Source: a virus (taxonomy: Duplodnaviria > Caudoviricetes). Taken from it: a stretch of DNA of 28,064 nt. Positions 8,632 through 19,200 of the stretch are shown here, one piece after another. The notes under the pieces are model-generated. The model did no database searches, was not told where the DNA came from, and saw nothing but the letters and a program-made list of their open reading frames with translations. The stretch covers positions 1 to 28,064 of the IMG/VR virus record IMGVR_UViG_3300048578_000390. One strand, given 5' to 3'. The position numbers were made by a program, and so were the translations under genes. The first letter of the stretch is position 1, and each line of letters starts with the position of its first letter.

Positions 8632-9525
8632 ATGAACGTCATCAATGCCGCGCTGCTTTCGGCGCTGTTCACCGGCTACAAGGCCGTCTTTCAAAACGCC
8701 TTCGCGGCCGCGCCGTCCTTCTGGGAAAAAGTGGCCATGCTGGTGCCCTCGACCACGGCCGAGGAGAAATATCCCTGGCTGGCCGACCTCGACGATCTGC
8801 GCGAATGGATCGGCGAACGTGTGGTCAAAGCCCTGGCCGCGCACAGCTACGCCATCCGCAACAAAACCTTCGAGCAGACCATCGGCGTCTCCCGCGACGC
8901 CATCGAAGACGACACCTACGGCATCTTCGGCCCGCGTTTCGCCATGCTTGGAGACAACGCCAAACGGCATCCTGACAAACTGGTCTTTGCCTTGCTCAAG
9001 GCCGGCTTTGCCACGCCCTGTTACGACGGCCAGTATTTCTTCGACGCCGACCATCCGGTCAACATTGGCGGCCAGACTGTCAGCGTGTCCAACTCCGGCG
9101 GCGGCGCGGACACTCCCTGGTTTCTGCTCGACACGACGCGGCCAATCAAACCGATCATTTTCCAGAAGCGCCGGGACTACAACCTGGTCAGCCTCGACCG
9201 CCCCACCGATGAACGCGTGTTTATGCGCAATGAATACCTCTACGGCGTGGACGCCCGGGTCAATGTCGGCTTCGGCTTCTGGCAGATGGCTTACGGCAGC
9301 CGGCAACCCCTGGACGCCGACTCCTACGCCGCCGCGCGCGCGGCCATGCAGGGCTACAAAAACGAGGCGGGCACCTCGCTCGGCATCATACCCAATCTGC
9401 TTGTGGTTCCCCCCTCCCTGGAAAGCGCCGGCCGCAAGCTCCTGAAAAACGAGCTGACCACGGGCGGGGCAACCAACGAATGGTTCGGGACGGCCGACGC
9501 GCTGACCGTGCCGTATCTGGCCTGA
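8632..9525 (+). CDS. Major capsid protein, Mu gpT family
   Basis: AAGGAG RBS; REWIGER, IEDDTYG, CYDGQYFFDADHP, KPIIFQKR and YGVDARVNVGFGFWQMAY motifs. Confidence 0.95.
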   Translation: MNVINAALLSALFTGYKAVFQNAFAAAPSFWEKVAMLVPSTTAEEKYPWLADLDDLREWIGERVVKALAAHSYAIRNKTFEQTIGVSRDAIEDDTYGIFGPRFAMLGDNAKRHPDKLVFALLKAGFATPCYDGQYFFDADHPVNIGGQTVSVSNSGGGADTPWFLLDTTRPIKPIIFQKRRDYNLVSLDRPTDERVFMRNEYLYGVDARVNVGFGFWQMAYGSRQPLDADSYAAARAAMQGYKNEAGTSLGIIPNLLVVPPSLESAGRKLLKNELTTGGATNEWFGTADALTVPYLA

Positions 9526-9537
9526 TCGGAGGAACCC

Positions 9538-9870
9538 ATGCCGAAGATTATCCGCATCACCGCGAAGGTTCCCGGCTTCCGCCGGGCTGGCAAGGCTCAT
9601 CCGGCCCACCCCGTGGACTACCCGGCCGGCGACATCCCCGCCGAGGTGCTCACGGCCCTCAAAACCGAACCCATGCTTGTGGTCCAGGAGCTGGACCTGC
9701 CCGACGAGCCGCAGCCGCCCCTGCAACTGGACGGCGACGGCAGCAATCCCGACTCGGCCAGCCTGCCCCAGGGGCCGGTCCCCGTCATCGCGCCTGACGC
9801 ATCCGACGCGGCCGACGACGAAAAGACCAGCAAGGCCGGCAAGGCCAAAGCCAAGACCGAAGGCGAGTAA
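9538..9870 (+). CDS. Mu gp35-like small protein with low-complexity tail
   Basis: GGAGG RBS; GFRRAG...LKTEPMLVV motif; position after gpT. Confidence 0.75.
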   Translation: MPKIIRITAKVPGFRRAGKAHPAHPVDYPAGDIPAEVLTALKTEPMLVVQELDLPDEPQPPLQLDGDGSNPDSASLPQGPVPVIAPDASDAADDEKTSKAGKAKAKTEGE

Positions 9871-9882
9871 GGAGTCAGAGCG

Positions 9883-10317
9883 ATGTACGTTGACAAGGCC
9901 GGCATGACCGAGCGCTACGGCGCAACCAAGCTCGTGCAGCTCACGGACAAGACCACGCCGCCAACCGGCGGCATCGTCGACGCCGTGCTGGACCGGGCGC
10001 TGGCCGACGCGGCCGCCGTGATCCACGGCTATGCCCGCTCGGCCGGGTACGCCGTGCCGTTTAGCACCTCGGCCGTGCCTGACATGGTGGCCGGCTGGCA
10101 GGCTCGCGTCGCCCTCTATGGCCTGTACCAGGGCGAGGCCCCTGACAAGGTCGCCGAGGACTATAAGACCACCCTTGGACAACTGCGCGATCTGGCTGCC
10201 GGGCGCATCACGCTCCAGGCGGCCGGCGTCGCCGCGCCGGCTCCGGTCGAGGGCGCGGCCGTGTTGTTTGATGCCACGCCCCGGATCATGACCGGCCGAG
10301 GATTGAAGGGGTTTTGA
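9883..10317 (+). CDS. Head-tail adaptor, Mu gp36/DUF1320 family
   Basis: MY....M.ERYG...LVQLTD, ALADAAAVIHGY and LRDLAAGRITL motifs; synteny. Confidence 0.87.
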   Translation: MYVDKAGMTERYGATKLVQLTDKTTPPTGGIVDAVLDRALADAAAVIHGYARSAGYAVPFSTSAVPDMVAGWQARVALYGLYQGEAPDKVAEDYKTTLGQLRDLAAGRITLQAAGVAAPAPVEGAAVLFDATPRIMTGRGLKGF

Positions 10318-10805
10318 GCATGGCCGGCGTCACCATCCGCATCATTGACGAAGCGGTCAGGGTCTTCCTGGCCAAGCTCGCCGCCCGGCTCGGGGCCATG
10401 ACCGACGTCATGGACGACATCGGCAGTCGTCTGACCAACCTGGCCCGGATTGGATTCGTGCGGCAGCAGGCCCCGGACGGTACGCCCTGGAAGCCTCTGG
10501 CCGCCGCCACCATCCTGGCCAGGGCGAAAACCAAGCACTGGCCCGGGCCGATCCTGCGCGTGAGTGGCGAACTCTACCGCTCCCTCAACTGGAAGGCCGG
10601 CCCCACGTCCGTGGAGATCGGAGCCGGCTGGGGGCCGTCCGCTCCTTACGCTGCCATCCAGATGTTCGGCGGTCCTGCCGGGCGTGGGCACAAAGTGCAG
10701 GTGCCGGCCCGGCTGTACTTGCCCACGTCGCCACTGCCCGACCCCTACCTGCGCTCTTGTCTGGACATCATCAATCAGCGCCTGGGGGACGCCGCCAATG
10801 GCTGA
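10314..10805 (+). CDS. Virion morphogenesis/tail completion protein (Mu G / P2 S-like)
   Basis: APDGTPWKPL, ILRVSGELYRS, YAAIQMFGG and VPARLYL motifs; start is TTG 10314 or ATG 10320. Confidence 0.87.
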   Translation: MSMAGVTIRIIDEAVRVFLAKLAARLGAMTDVMDDIGSRLTNLARIGFVRQQAPDGTPWKPLAAATILARAKTKHWPGPILRVSGELYRSLNWKAGPTSVEIGAGWGPSAPYAAIQMFGGPAGRGHKVQVPARLYLPTSPLPDPYLRSCLDIINQRLGDAANG

Positions 10806-11268
10806 TCGCACCGTTACCGAAATCGAAGACGCCATGCTGGCCGCCCTGGCCCCGCTGGCTGCGCATCCCCACGCCGTCCGCATGATCGAGGCCTACAACG
10901 GCGAGATGGACCTGGATCGATTCGAGGCGGCCGTGCAGCAGTGGCCGGCGGTGCTGGTCCACTACACCGGCTCATCGTTCGAGGATCGCGGCGTACGCCG
11001 GGCTGAATACCTGGAGTTTGTGGTCTTCGCCTGCGACCGCCACGAGATCGACCAAGCCCAGGCCCGCCGGGGCGGCCCTACCAACCCGGGAAGCTACGCG
11101 CTGCTTGCTGCCGTGGCGGACCTCCTGGAGGGCCGGCGTGTCATCGCCGCCGACGACGTGTTCCCCTGCGTTCGTCTGGCGCAACAGAGTGAAATCCAGG
11201 GCCGTTGCCTGTCCGTGTACTCGGCCCGTTACCTCATCGAAACCGTTTACCGCGTCCCCATGGAGTAA
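10798..11268 (+). CDS. Mu gp37-like (DUF1834) tail terminator/neck protein
   Basis: IEDAMLAAL, YNGE, PAVLVHY and GSYALL motifs; ATG 10798 overlaps the upstream stop. Confidence 0.78.
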   Translation: MADRTVTEIEDAMLAALAPLAAHPHAVRMIEAYNGEMDLDRFEAAVQQWPAVLVHYTGSSFEDRGVRRAEYLEFVVFACDRHEIDQAQARRGGPTNPGSYALLAAVADLLEGRRVIAADDVFPCVRLAQQSEIQGRCLSVYSARYLIETVYRVPME

Positions 11269-11273
11269 ATGCC

Positions 11274-12437
11274 ATGCCAGTCGAATCCCAACTCACCCGC
11301 CGGGCAGTCATGCTGGTAAAAACCGAGGCGGCGTACGCCACGGACCCGTTACCGACGCCGGCCGCCAATGCGGTGCTCATCAACTCGGGCATTGACATCA
11401 CGCCCCAGGCCGACCGGGTTGAGCGCGACATACTGCGCGACACCCTGTCCCCGGCCGGGTCCGCTGTCGGGGCCAAATCCTTGGACCTCTCGTTCCAGGT
11501 CGAGGCGCGCGGCGGCGGCCTGGACGGCGACGGCAAACCCCTGCCGCCCGACTACGCTCCGGCGCTGCTGGCCTGCGGCACGCAGTCCACGCCCGTTGTC
11601 CGGCTGTCCGTGACCGGCGGCGCCGGCACGTTTGAGGCCGGCGAAGTCGTCACCGGCGGCACGTCCGGGGCCACGGCGCAAATCGAATATATCGAGCGCG
11701 CCCATGTGTTGGTGGCGGTCGTGACCAACGGCACGTTCCAGGCCGCCGAAACCATCACCGGTGGCACGTCCGGGGCCACGGGCGGCGTCTCCGACATCAT
11801 GCCGGCCCTCATGTACCGGCCCCAGACGCTGCCGCCCAGCCAGCAGAAGTCGGTTGCGGTCTACTTCCACCGCGATGGCATCCTGCACCGGGTCTTGGGC
11901 GTGCGCGGCACGTGCAGCCTGGATGCCCAGGTCGGCAAGATTCCCACCTGGGACTTCAATCTGTCGGGGTTGTGGGTCGATCCGGCCGACCAAGCCCTGC
12001 CGAGTCCGACCCTGACTTCCCTGGCCGGCGCGCAATTCCTGGGGGCCGATCTGATGATTGGCGACTACACCCCGACGTTTACGGCCCTCAAGCTCGACCT
12101 CGGCAACAAGGTGGATCGTCGCCAGGACGCCAACCACCCCGAAGGCGTCACCTCCCTGGTGCTGGCCAGCCGTTCGCCTACCGGGTCGCTTGATCCCGAA
12201 GTGGACAAGCTGGCGTCGTTTAACCCCTGGACCGCCTGGAAGGACTCCAACGCCCGGGCGCGCATCAACTGCCGCATCGGCAGCCAGGCCGGCAACCGGC
12301 TGCACGTGCATGTCGGCGCGGCCCAGTACTCGGACATCAAGTACGGCGACCGCATCGGCCTTTCCACCTACAGCATCTCGTTTGTGCCCACGGCAGAACG
12401 CCTCGGCGACGACGATACGCGCTTCCTCTTTTCCTGA
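11274..12437 (+). CDS. Major tail tube protein (siphovirus type) with an inserted repeated beta module
   Basis: GGAG RBS; KTEAAYATDP and ALLACG tube-protein motifs; upstream of the chaperone and tape measure; no sheath gene. Confidence 0.75.
   Translation: MPVESQLTRRAVMLVKTEAAYATDPLPTPAANAVLINSGIDITPQADRVERDILRDTLSPAGSAVGAKSLDLSFQVEARGGGLDGDGKPLPPDYAPALLACGTQSTPVVRLSVTGGAGTFEAGEVVTGGTSGATAQIEYIERAHVLVAVVTNGTFQAAETITGGTSGATGGVSDIMPALMYRPQTLPPSQQKSVAVYFHRDGILHRVLGVRGTCSLDAQVGKIPTWDFNLSGLWVDPADQALPSPTLTSLAGAQFLGADLMIGDYTPTFTALKLDLGNKVDRRQDANHPEGVTSLVLASRSPTGSLDPEVDKLASFNPWTAWKDSNARARINCRIGSQAGNRLHVHVGAAQYSDIKYGDRIGLSTYSISFVPTAERLGDDDTRFLFS
11625..11781 (+). repeat. Two 52-nt direct repeats 105 nt apart in the tube gene (GTF.A.E..TGGTSGAT)
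   Basis: 11625-11676 and 11730-11781 share GGCACGTCCGGGGCCACGG exactly. Confidence 0.85.
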
Positions 12438-12469
12438 TCCATCAAAACAACAACACAGGAGACAGCAAC

Positions 12470-12988
12470 ATGGCCGCTTATGACCTCGAAGCCACGCGCA
12501 ACGTCATGGATATCAAGTGCAAGCTCTCGGACCAGACTTTCGAGTTGGGCTATCGCATGCCCACCAACTCGGAGCGCGTCGCCTACGAGAACGCCGTCAC
12601 CCAACGCAAGGGCGGCAAAATCCAGATCGCCAAGGACTGGCAGATGACCCAGGCCCAGATGGGCGCGCGTCTTTGCACCTCCATCCGCAAGACAGACTGG
12701 GCCGTCGCCGGGAAACTCATTTCCTCGGACAAGAGCGACCCGGACTACTATCCCGAGTGGCGAAATAAGATTTTCAAGGTGCGGCCGGACATTTTCGCCC
12801 TCCTGGCTTCGACCATCTTCACCGCCGTGGCCAAGCCGGCCGAGGATTCCGATACGGCCGACGACGATGACCGCGCCGTCGAAAATCTGCTCGACCCCGA
12901 CGCCTTCCGCTTTGACGATCTGGGCGACGCGCCCGACTTGGTCGCGGCGTCCGCGCCCACGGAGGCCGGCCAGGCCGAAAACCCTTAG
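12470..12988 (+). CDS. Tail assembly chaperone (G-like)
   Basis: AGGAG RBS; between tube and tape measure; acidic C-terminus; ends in a slippery heptamer. Confidence 0.75.
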   Translation: MAAYDLEATRNVMDIKCKLSDQTFELGYRMPTNSERVAYENAVTQRKGGKIQIAKDWQMTQAQMGARLCTSIRKTDWAVAGKLISSDKSDPDYYPEWRNKIFKVRPDIFALLASTIFTAVAKPAEDSDTADDDDRAVENLLDPDAFRFDDLGDAPDLVAASAPTEAGQAENP

Positions 12989-13254
12989 TCGTCGCCCTGG
13001 AGCGGACGCTGTCCAGGTGCGACGGGGGGCGGGAGGCGTGCAAGAGGGACAACGGCCTATGGCTGGCCGCCGCCTGCGCCGCCTGCCCCCGGCATCGGGC
13101 GGCGGCCTCGCCCTACGTGCTGGGCCTGCTGCGTCTGCGTCTGCTGCGCCTGGGCGGCTACCCGTTCGGGGCCGACGACCTGTCCATGGCGACCTGGATC
13201 GACCTCGGAATTTTAGAAAACTACATCCAATCCAAGACACCAAAGTTGTTATAG
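12979..13254 (+). CDS. Tail chaperone -1 frameshift extension (GT-like), missing from the ORF track
   Basis: A_AAC_CCT at 12979-12985; the -1 frame is open to TAG 13252-13254 and reads LVVALERTLSRCDGGREAC...CAACP...GGYPFGADDLSMATWIDLGILENYIQSKTPKLL. Confidence 0.75.
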   Translation, partial: KPLVVALERTLSRCDGGREACKRDNGLWLAAACAACPRHRAAASPYVLGLLRLRLLRLGGYPFGADDLSMATWIDLGILENYIQSKTPKLL

Positions 13255-13263
13255 GGCGGGCGC

Positions 13264-16200
13264 GTGGCTGAAAACAGGGTCAAGGTAGTCATCGAGGCGG
13301 ACGCAGCCGGAGCGATTGCCAGCCTTGGACAGTTCGTCCAGGCGCTGGATCGCTCCGGCGTGTCCGCAAAGCTGTCCGATAACGCCATGGCCAAACTCGC
13401 CGACCGGTTTCGAGACAAGCTTTCGACCGACCAAGCACAGGCCGCCTTGGACCGGACGCGTGCGCAGATTGAGCGTATCGGCACAGCCGCCGGTTTGTCG
13501 CAGCAGGAGCTTGCCAAGCTTTGCCGGCAGCTCGGCGTCGTGCCCGCGCAGGCTACCGCCGCCAACAATGCCATCTCGACGATTTCGAATGGCGCGACTA
13601 CCTCGGCCGGCGCGTTCAACTCGCTCATAACCCAGCTTACCGCCGCTGTCGCGGCGTACATCTCCTTGCGTTCGGCCTTGAATCTTGTCGCCGACTCCAT
13701 TTCGACCGCCGCTCGCTACCAGACCATGGGCGTGGTTCTGGAGCAGGTCGGTCAAAACGCCGGCTATTCCCGCAATCAGATGATGGATTTTGCTGCCAGC
13801 GTGCAGCAGACCGGCATCTCGATGGTGGAATCACGGGAATCCGTAACAAAAATGGCAGCGGCACAACTTGATCTGACGAAGGCCGGCGAGCTGGCCAGAG
13901 TCGCCCAGGATGCAGCGGTCATAGCAAACACCAACTCCAGTGACGCATTCGGCAAATTAGTCCAAGGTATCACGACAGGGCAAACAGTGTTGCTGCACCA
14001 CATGGGCATCATGGTCAACCTTGAAGACGCCTATAAGGCTTATGCAAATAGGTTGGGACTTACAAAAGGTGAGTTGACAGAAGCTCAAAAGAGGACAGCC
14101 GCGCTCAATGCTGTCTTGGAGGAAGGCTCTAGACGTGCAGGGACGTATGAAGCTGCCATGGGCACTGTTGGCAAGCAACTGCAATCATTCAAGCGATATG
14201 TTCAAGACTTCGAAACGATGCTTGGGGCAGCGTTTCTTGAGGCTGCATCCTCCAACGTATCGACAGCCACGGATTCGATGCGTCAGCTTCAGGAGGTTAT
14301 CCAAGACCCGACCACCCAGGACATGCTGGCAAGCCTTGCCTCTGGTCTGTCGAACGTCCTGAACATTCTCATGAGTGAGACGCCCAGCGCGGTTAGCGCC
14401 ATTATAGGGGGTATCCAGGATATTAAAAACACCTGGGACAGTGTGCCTGACGAGGTAAAAATGCTGCTCAAATACGGCAGCGCGGCGGCAATTGGCGCAC
14501 GATTCGGAGGTGTCGGCGGGGCTGTCGTTGCAACTGGTCTGACAGCTTTGGACAGTAATGATGGGGTTCGATCTTGGCGCATATCCTCCATGGAAGAACA
14601 TGCTTCAAAGATGAATGACAAATTATACAATGAGACAGATCCAGAAAAGAGAAAAGAGCTTGAAGAAAATCTTAATGCGCAGATAGAATTATTACGCAGA
14701 TATCGCGACGAAAAGCTTTCGATATCCAAGCAGCTTTCGGAAGCTATTAGAAATAACAATACGGCCAAAAGCCACGGGTCAACAATTCCAGGAATTCCTA
14801 CTAAAACAGAGCAGGATGAGGCTAATGCGTGGTGGGCTGAATACTACAAGGGGATGCGTCAGTACAAGGAATCCGTCGAGGCAGGATTGGCCATTGGACA
14901 AAATAATAAGTCCCACGCTCCGATAGACCGGCAGCAAACGGCTCTGGCGAACACCCTGAAGTCCCAACAGGAGACCATCGCCAAGGGGTGGTCGGCGGCC
15001 TGGGCGGCCGGCGATTGGGACACTGTCCGCAATCTTAACGACGCGGCCAGCGCCTCACTCGGGGCCTACAACGATAAGCTCGACAGCCTGGACCGGAAGG
15101 GGAGCCGGGGCGCAAAGTCCGCCGCTGCCGCCGCCACGGCCGCCGAGCGGTACGGCGAGCGGGCCAGCGCCTATCTGGACAACGTGACGCAATCGCTCCA
15201 GGCGATGGATGACAGCCTGTCCGGCGGCCTGGGCCGCGAGTCCGCCCGGGTCGACAAGTGGTTTACCCAGGCCATCAATCAGGCCCAGCAAGCCATGATC
15301 GGGGCCAAGGGCGACGCGGCGGCCTACCAGCAGGTTATCGACCTCCTGACCGCCTCCTACCAGAAGTTCCACGATCTGGCCGTCCAAAAGGACACCATCG
15401 CCAGCCTGCGGGCACAAGCCGACGTGCTGCGCGAGCTGGCCCAGACGCTCGGCGATCCGGCGCTCCTGGAGCGTGGCGGGGAAGCCGAGACGGCGGCCTG
15501 GACCGCCGAGATGGAGCAAAAAATCACGGCCCAGGCCGCATCGCAGTCCAAGGCCCTGTGGGACGCGGCCGTGGCCGCATCCCGGAAGGCCGGGGCGGAT
15601 ACGCTGGCCATCTGGCAGGAGGTGGCCGGCCAGTGGACGGTCATCGATCAGGACCGGGCGGACAAAATGGGGCTGCTCGATGCGGCCGCCCAGAAAAAGC
15701 GCCTGGAATCCACGGTCAGCAACTACGAGCAGTACCAGGGCGTGTCCGACAAGTATTGGCAGGCCCGCAAAGCCTTGCTTGAAGAGGAACTGGCCACGGT
15801 CAGGCGGGTTGCCGACGACGAAACAGCCTATCGCATCTACGCCGCCGGGCAGTGGGACGCCTACAACAAGGCGCTGCTGGAACGTCAGGCCGAATATGCC
15901 GGCTCGTTTGCCGAAACCCTGGAAACCAAATGGGCCTTGGCCTACGGCACGTACAAATCCGAGGCCACCCGGACCAAGGAATCCTGGGACAGGACCGCAG
16001 ACGGCATTATCCAGGCCACGGACGGCATGATCGACGGTGTGGTCACCGGTGCCGGCGACATGTTGCGGTCCTGGGGCCAGGGCACGGCTGGCATCGAAGA
16101 CCTGATGCGCAATCTGAAATCCTCGGTCCTCGATATTTTTGCCAGCATGATCGAAGAGATGCTGCGCATGTGGCTCAAGGATTTCGTGGGCGGCCTGGGC

Positions 16201-19200
16201 GGCGGCAGTGGGACGGGCAGCGGCTGGCTCGGGTCGCTGGGGGGGAGCCTGCCCGCCACGTCCACGACCTCGGGCGGCTCGGTCTGGGACGTGGCGCGCA
16301 TGGCCAACCTGGGCGACAGCATCGGCCGATCCGCCGGGGATTCCATGCTGGACAGTCTGGCTGGCGGCTCCTCGGACCTGGGCATGGTCATCGGCGACGC
16401 GCCGGACATCGGCAAGGGTATCGCCAAAGAACTGTCCAAGTCTAGCGACTTCTACAACGCCAGCGCATCAACCTATGCGGCCGGCAGTTATCAGACCTGG
16501 TCGGCAGGATCGTTTACCAGCGCCGTCCAAAAGGGCACCGAGTCCGGCTGGAAATCGGTTCTCGGCAACGCGGCTGTGGGGGCCGGCATCGGGTCGTTGT
16601 TTAACAGCGGCGACTCCATGACCGGCACCGTTGGCGGCGCGTTGGGCAGCTTGGCCGGCTCGGGCCTGTCCACCATGCTGGGGTTGGCCGGCTCGACGCT
16701 GGGCAGCCTGCTTGGTCCCATCGGCGGCGCATTGGGCGGATTGTTGGGCGGTCTGTTCGGTGGTTCGTCGTCCGTGACCGAAAAAACCGGTTCCGGCTAC
16801 AAGATCGCTATCAACGCCGGCACGCTCAACATGAGCGGTGTGGATTTTTACAAGACCACCACGTCGGGCATGTTCGGCTCCACGTCAACCAGCCATTCCA
16901 TCGCCGACACGGGCATGGTGGACCCGGACGTGGCCCGGCAGATCAACGACGCCCTGGACGACATCGCCGAGAACCTCCAGGACTTTGCCAAGACCCTGGG
17001 CATTTCCGCCGAGGTGCTGGACAGCTTCAGTTTTCCGGAAATGACGCTCACCAGCGAGCAGCTTGACGTGTACGTGCGCAACGTCGGCAACGCCATGGCG
17101 TTTACCGCCCTGGAGGCGGCCGGTCTGCGCGGCGCGTTCGACGCGGTCGCCAAAGATTATGAGGTTTACTCGGACGAGTTCGAGCGGCTGTCCACCTCCT
17201 TTGGCTTGGTCAGCGGCTACACCGAGGCGTTTGGCTACGACCTTTCGGCCCTGGCCAACATCACCGATGAAAAGCTGGCGACGTTGCGCGAGGCGGCCAG
17301 CTCCACGGCGGCGGGTACTGCCGGGGCCACCCTGGCCATGGCCCAGTCCATGGGGGCCACGGCAGACCAGCTGGCCCAGTTGTCAGCCTCGGCGACCAAT
17401 GCCGGCGAGGCCGTCCAGGCCACCGACGAGCAGCTGCGCCGCATCGCCGAGGCCGACTACGCCAGTCAGTTGATCGAGGCCGTGGGCGGGGATGACGAGT
17501 TTCAGGCGGCCATGGAACGGCTGGTCAAACACACGCTTTCCACCCTCGACCAGTACGCCGAAAACCTGGGCTATTACACGGACAAGGCGACCGAATATAT
17601 CGGGATGCTCTCCGAAACCGGTGTTGGCCTGGACAACTTCTGGGCGCGCTTTGACGCGGCCATGCGCGGCCCGCTGACAGCCGATGAGTTTGAGGCCTGG
17701 AACGACGCGGCCAAATGGGTCGACGCGCTCAATACCATCCAGGACGCTCTGGACGATTGGGCCGAGATGGTGCGGCAGTACAATACCGATCTGGACGTGC
17801 GGGCCTTGCGCGCCCAGGGGCTGGATCAGCTGGCCGACATCACCGAGCTGCTCGCCGCCCAGGAAAATGAGCTGACGGCGGCCCGGGCCGCCGGATACGA
17901 CGCCGCGACCCTGAAGAAAATCCAGGAGACCCAGCGCCTGGAGCTGGCCCAGATGGAGGCCGAACAGGGCCGGGACTACTGGCAGGCCATAGAGGAGTTG
18001 ATTATCCGCGAGCGCAAAGCGGCGGGCGATCCCTATGCCGAGGCGGCCGAGACCTATTTCAAGAGCGATTGGGAGTATCGGGACGCGGCTGCCGCCGGGC
18101 TGCTGTCCGCCACGGAACTGGTCCGGCTGGCGGCGGTACAGGCCCGCGAGGTCGAAAAGCTGACCAACGAAATCGCCGCGACCATCGAGGCCAACGTGCG
18201 GACGGTGCAGTCGCGGCTGCTGCGGGCCATGGGCCACAGCGACGAGGCGGACCGGCTCGACCGGCAGACCGCTGCCGAGAAGGAACTCCGGGACGCCCGC
18301 GAAAGCGGCCTGTACACCGCCCAGGCCCTGACCGACCTGGAAACGGCCATGACCCTGGAACTGGCCCAGGCCATCGAAGAACAGCTGGCCGCCCAGCGCA
18401 AAATACAGACGGACCTCGCCGTGCGGCTGCTGCGGGCGACCGGGCGCGGCGACGAGGCCGACCTCCTGGAGCGCCAAGCCGCTGCCGAGCAACAACTCCG
18501 GGACGCTCGCATAAGCGGGCTGTACACGGCCCAGGCCTATGCCGACCTGGAAAAGGCCCTGGCCCTTGAACTGCAACAGGCTATTGCGGAGCAGCAGGCG
18601 GCACAGCGCGCCATCCAGACCAGCCTCACTGTGCGGCTGCTGCGGGCGACCGGGCACGGCGACGAGGCCGACGCTGTGGAGTCGTTGGCAGCGGCGGAAT
18701 CCGCCCTGGCCCAGGCGCGCCAGGATGGCTACAGCGCCGCCAACCTGTTGCTGCTGGCCCAGGTCCAGGCGGCCGAACTGGCCCAGGAAGCCCTGGCCAG
18801 GCTCAATCAGGTCCGGGCGGATTGGGCCGATCTGGCGGCCCGGGCCTACGAGGCGGCCGGCAACGACACCATGGCGAGCTGGACGCGCCTGCTCGAACAG
18901 CAGCGCCAGGAACGCTACGAGGCGTTAAACTCCGGGCGCGGCCAGGAGTATATGGCCCAGCTGGGGCAGGTGCAGGAAGCCGAGCGCGCCAGCTCCTGGC
19001 AAAAGCTCCAGGAACAGGCTTGGCAGGATCATCTCGACGAACTCAACGACACGTTAAGCGACCTCAAGTCCCAATTATCCACGTTGGTCAATGTCATCGG
19101 GGATACCATCGGGTCCATCACGGACGTGCTGGACCAGGAATTGACCACCTACCGCGCCTTGGCCGCCGACGCCCGCAGCGCCCGTCTGGCCATCGACAAG

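Noticed and set aside
7362-10182. Long minus-strand ORFs (7362-8672, 8572-10182, and similar ones such as 17383-18657)
   Set aside because: Antisense shadows of GC-rich genes; no motifs or RBS, and they fully overlap well-supported + strand genes
12867-13271. 134-aa ORF as the second tail chaperone
   Set aside because: Arg/Pro-rich off-frame composition; the -1 frame reached through the slippery site is far more protein-like
18214-18843. CRISPR-like periodic repeats
   Set aside because: In-frame coding repeats with a 210-nt period; no spacer structure and no cas genes
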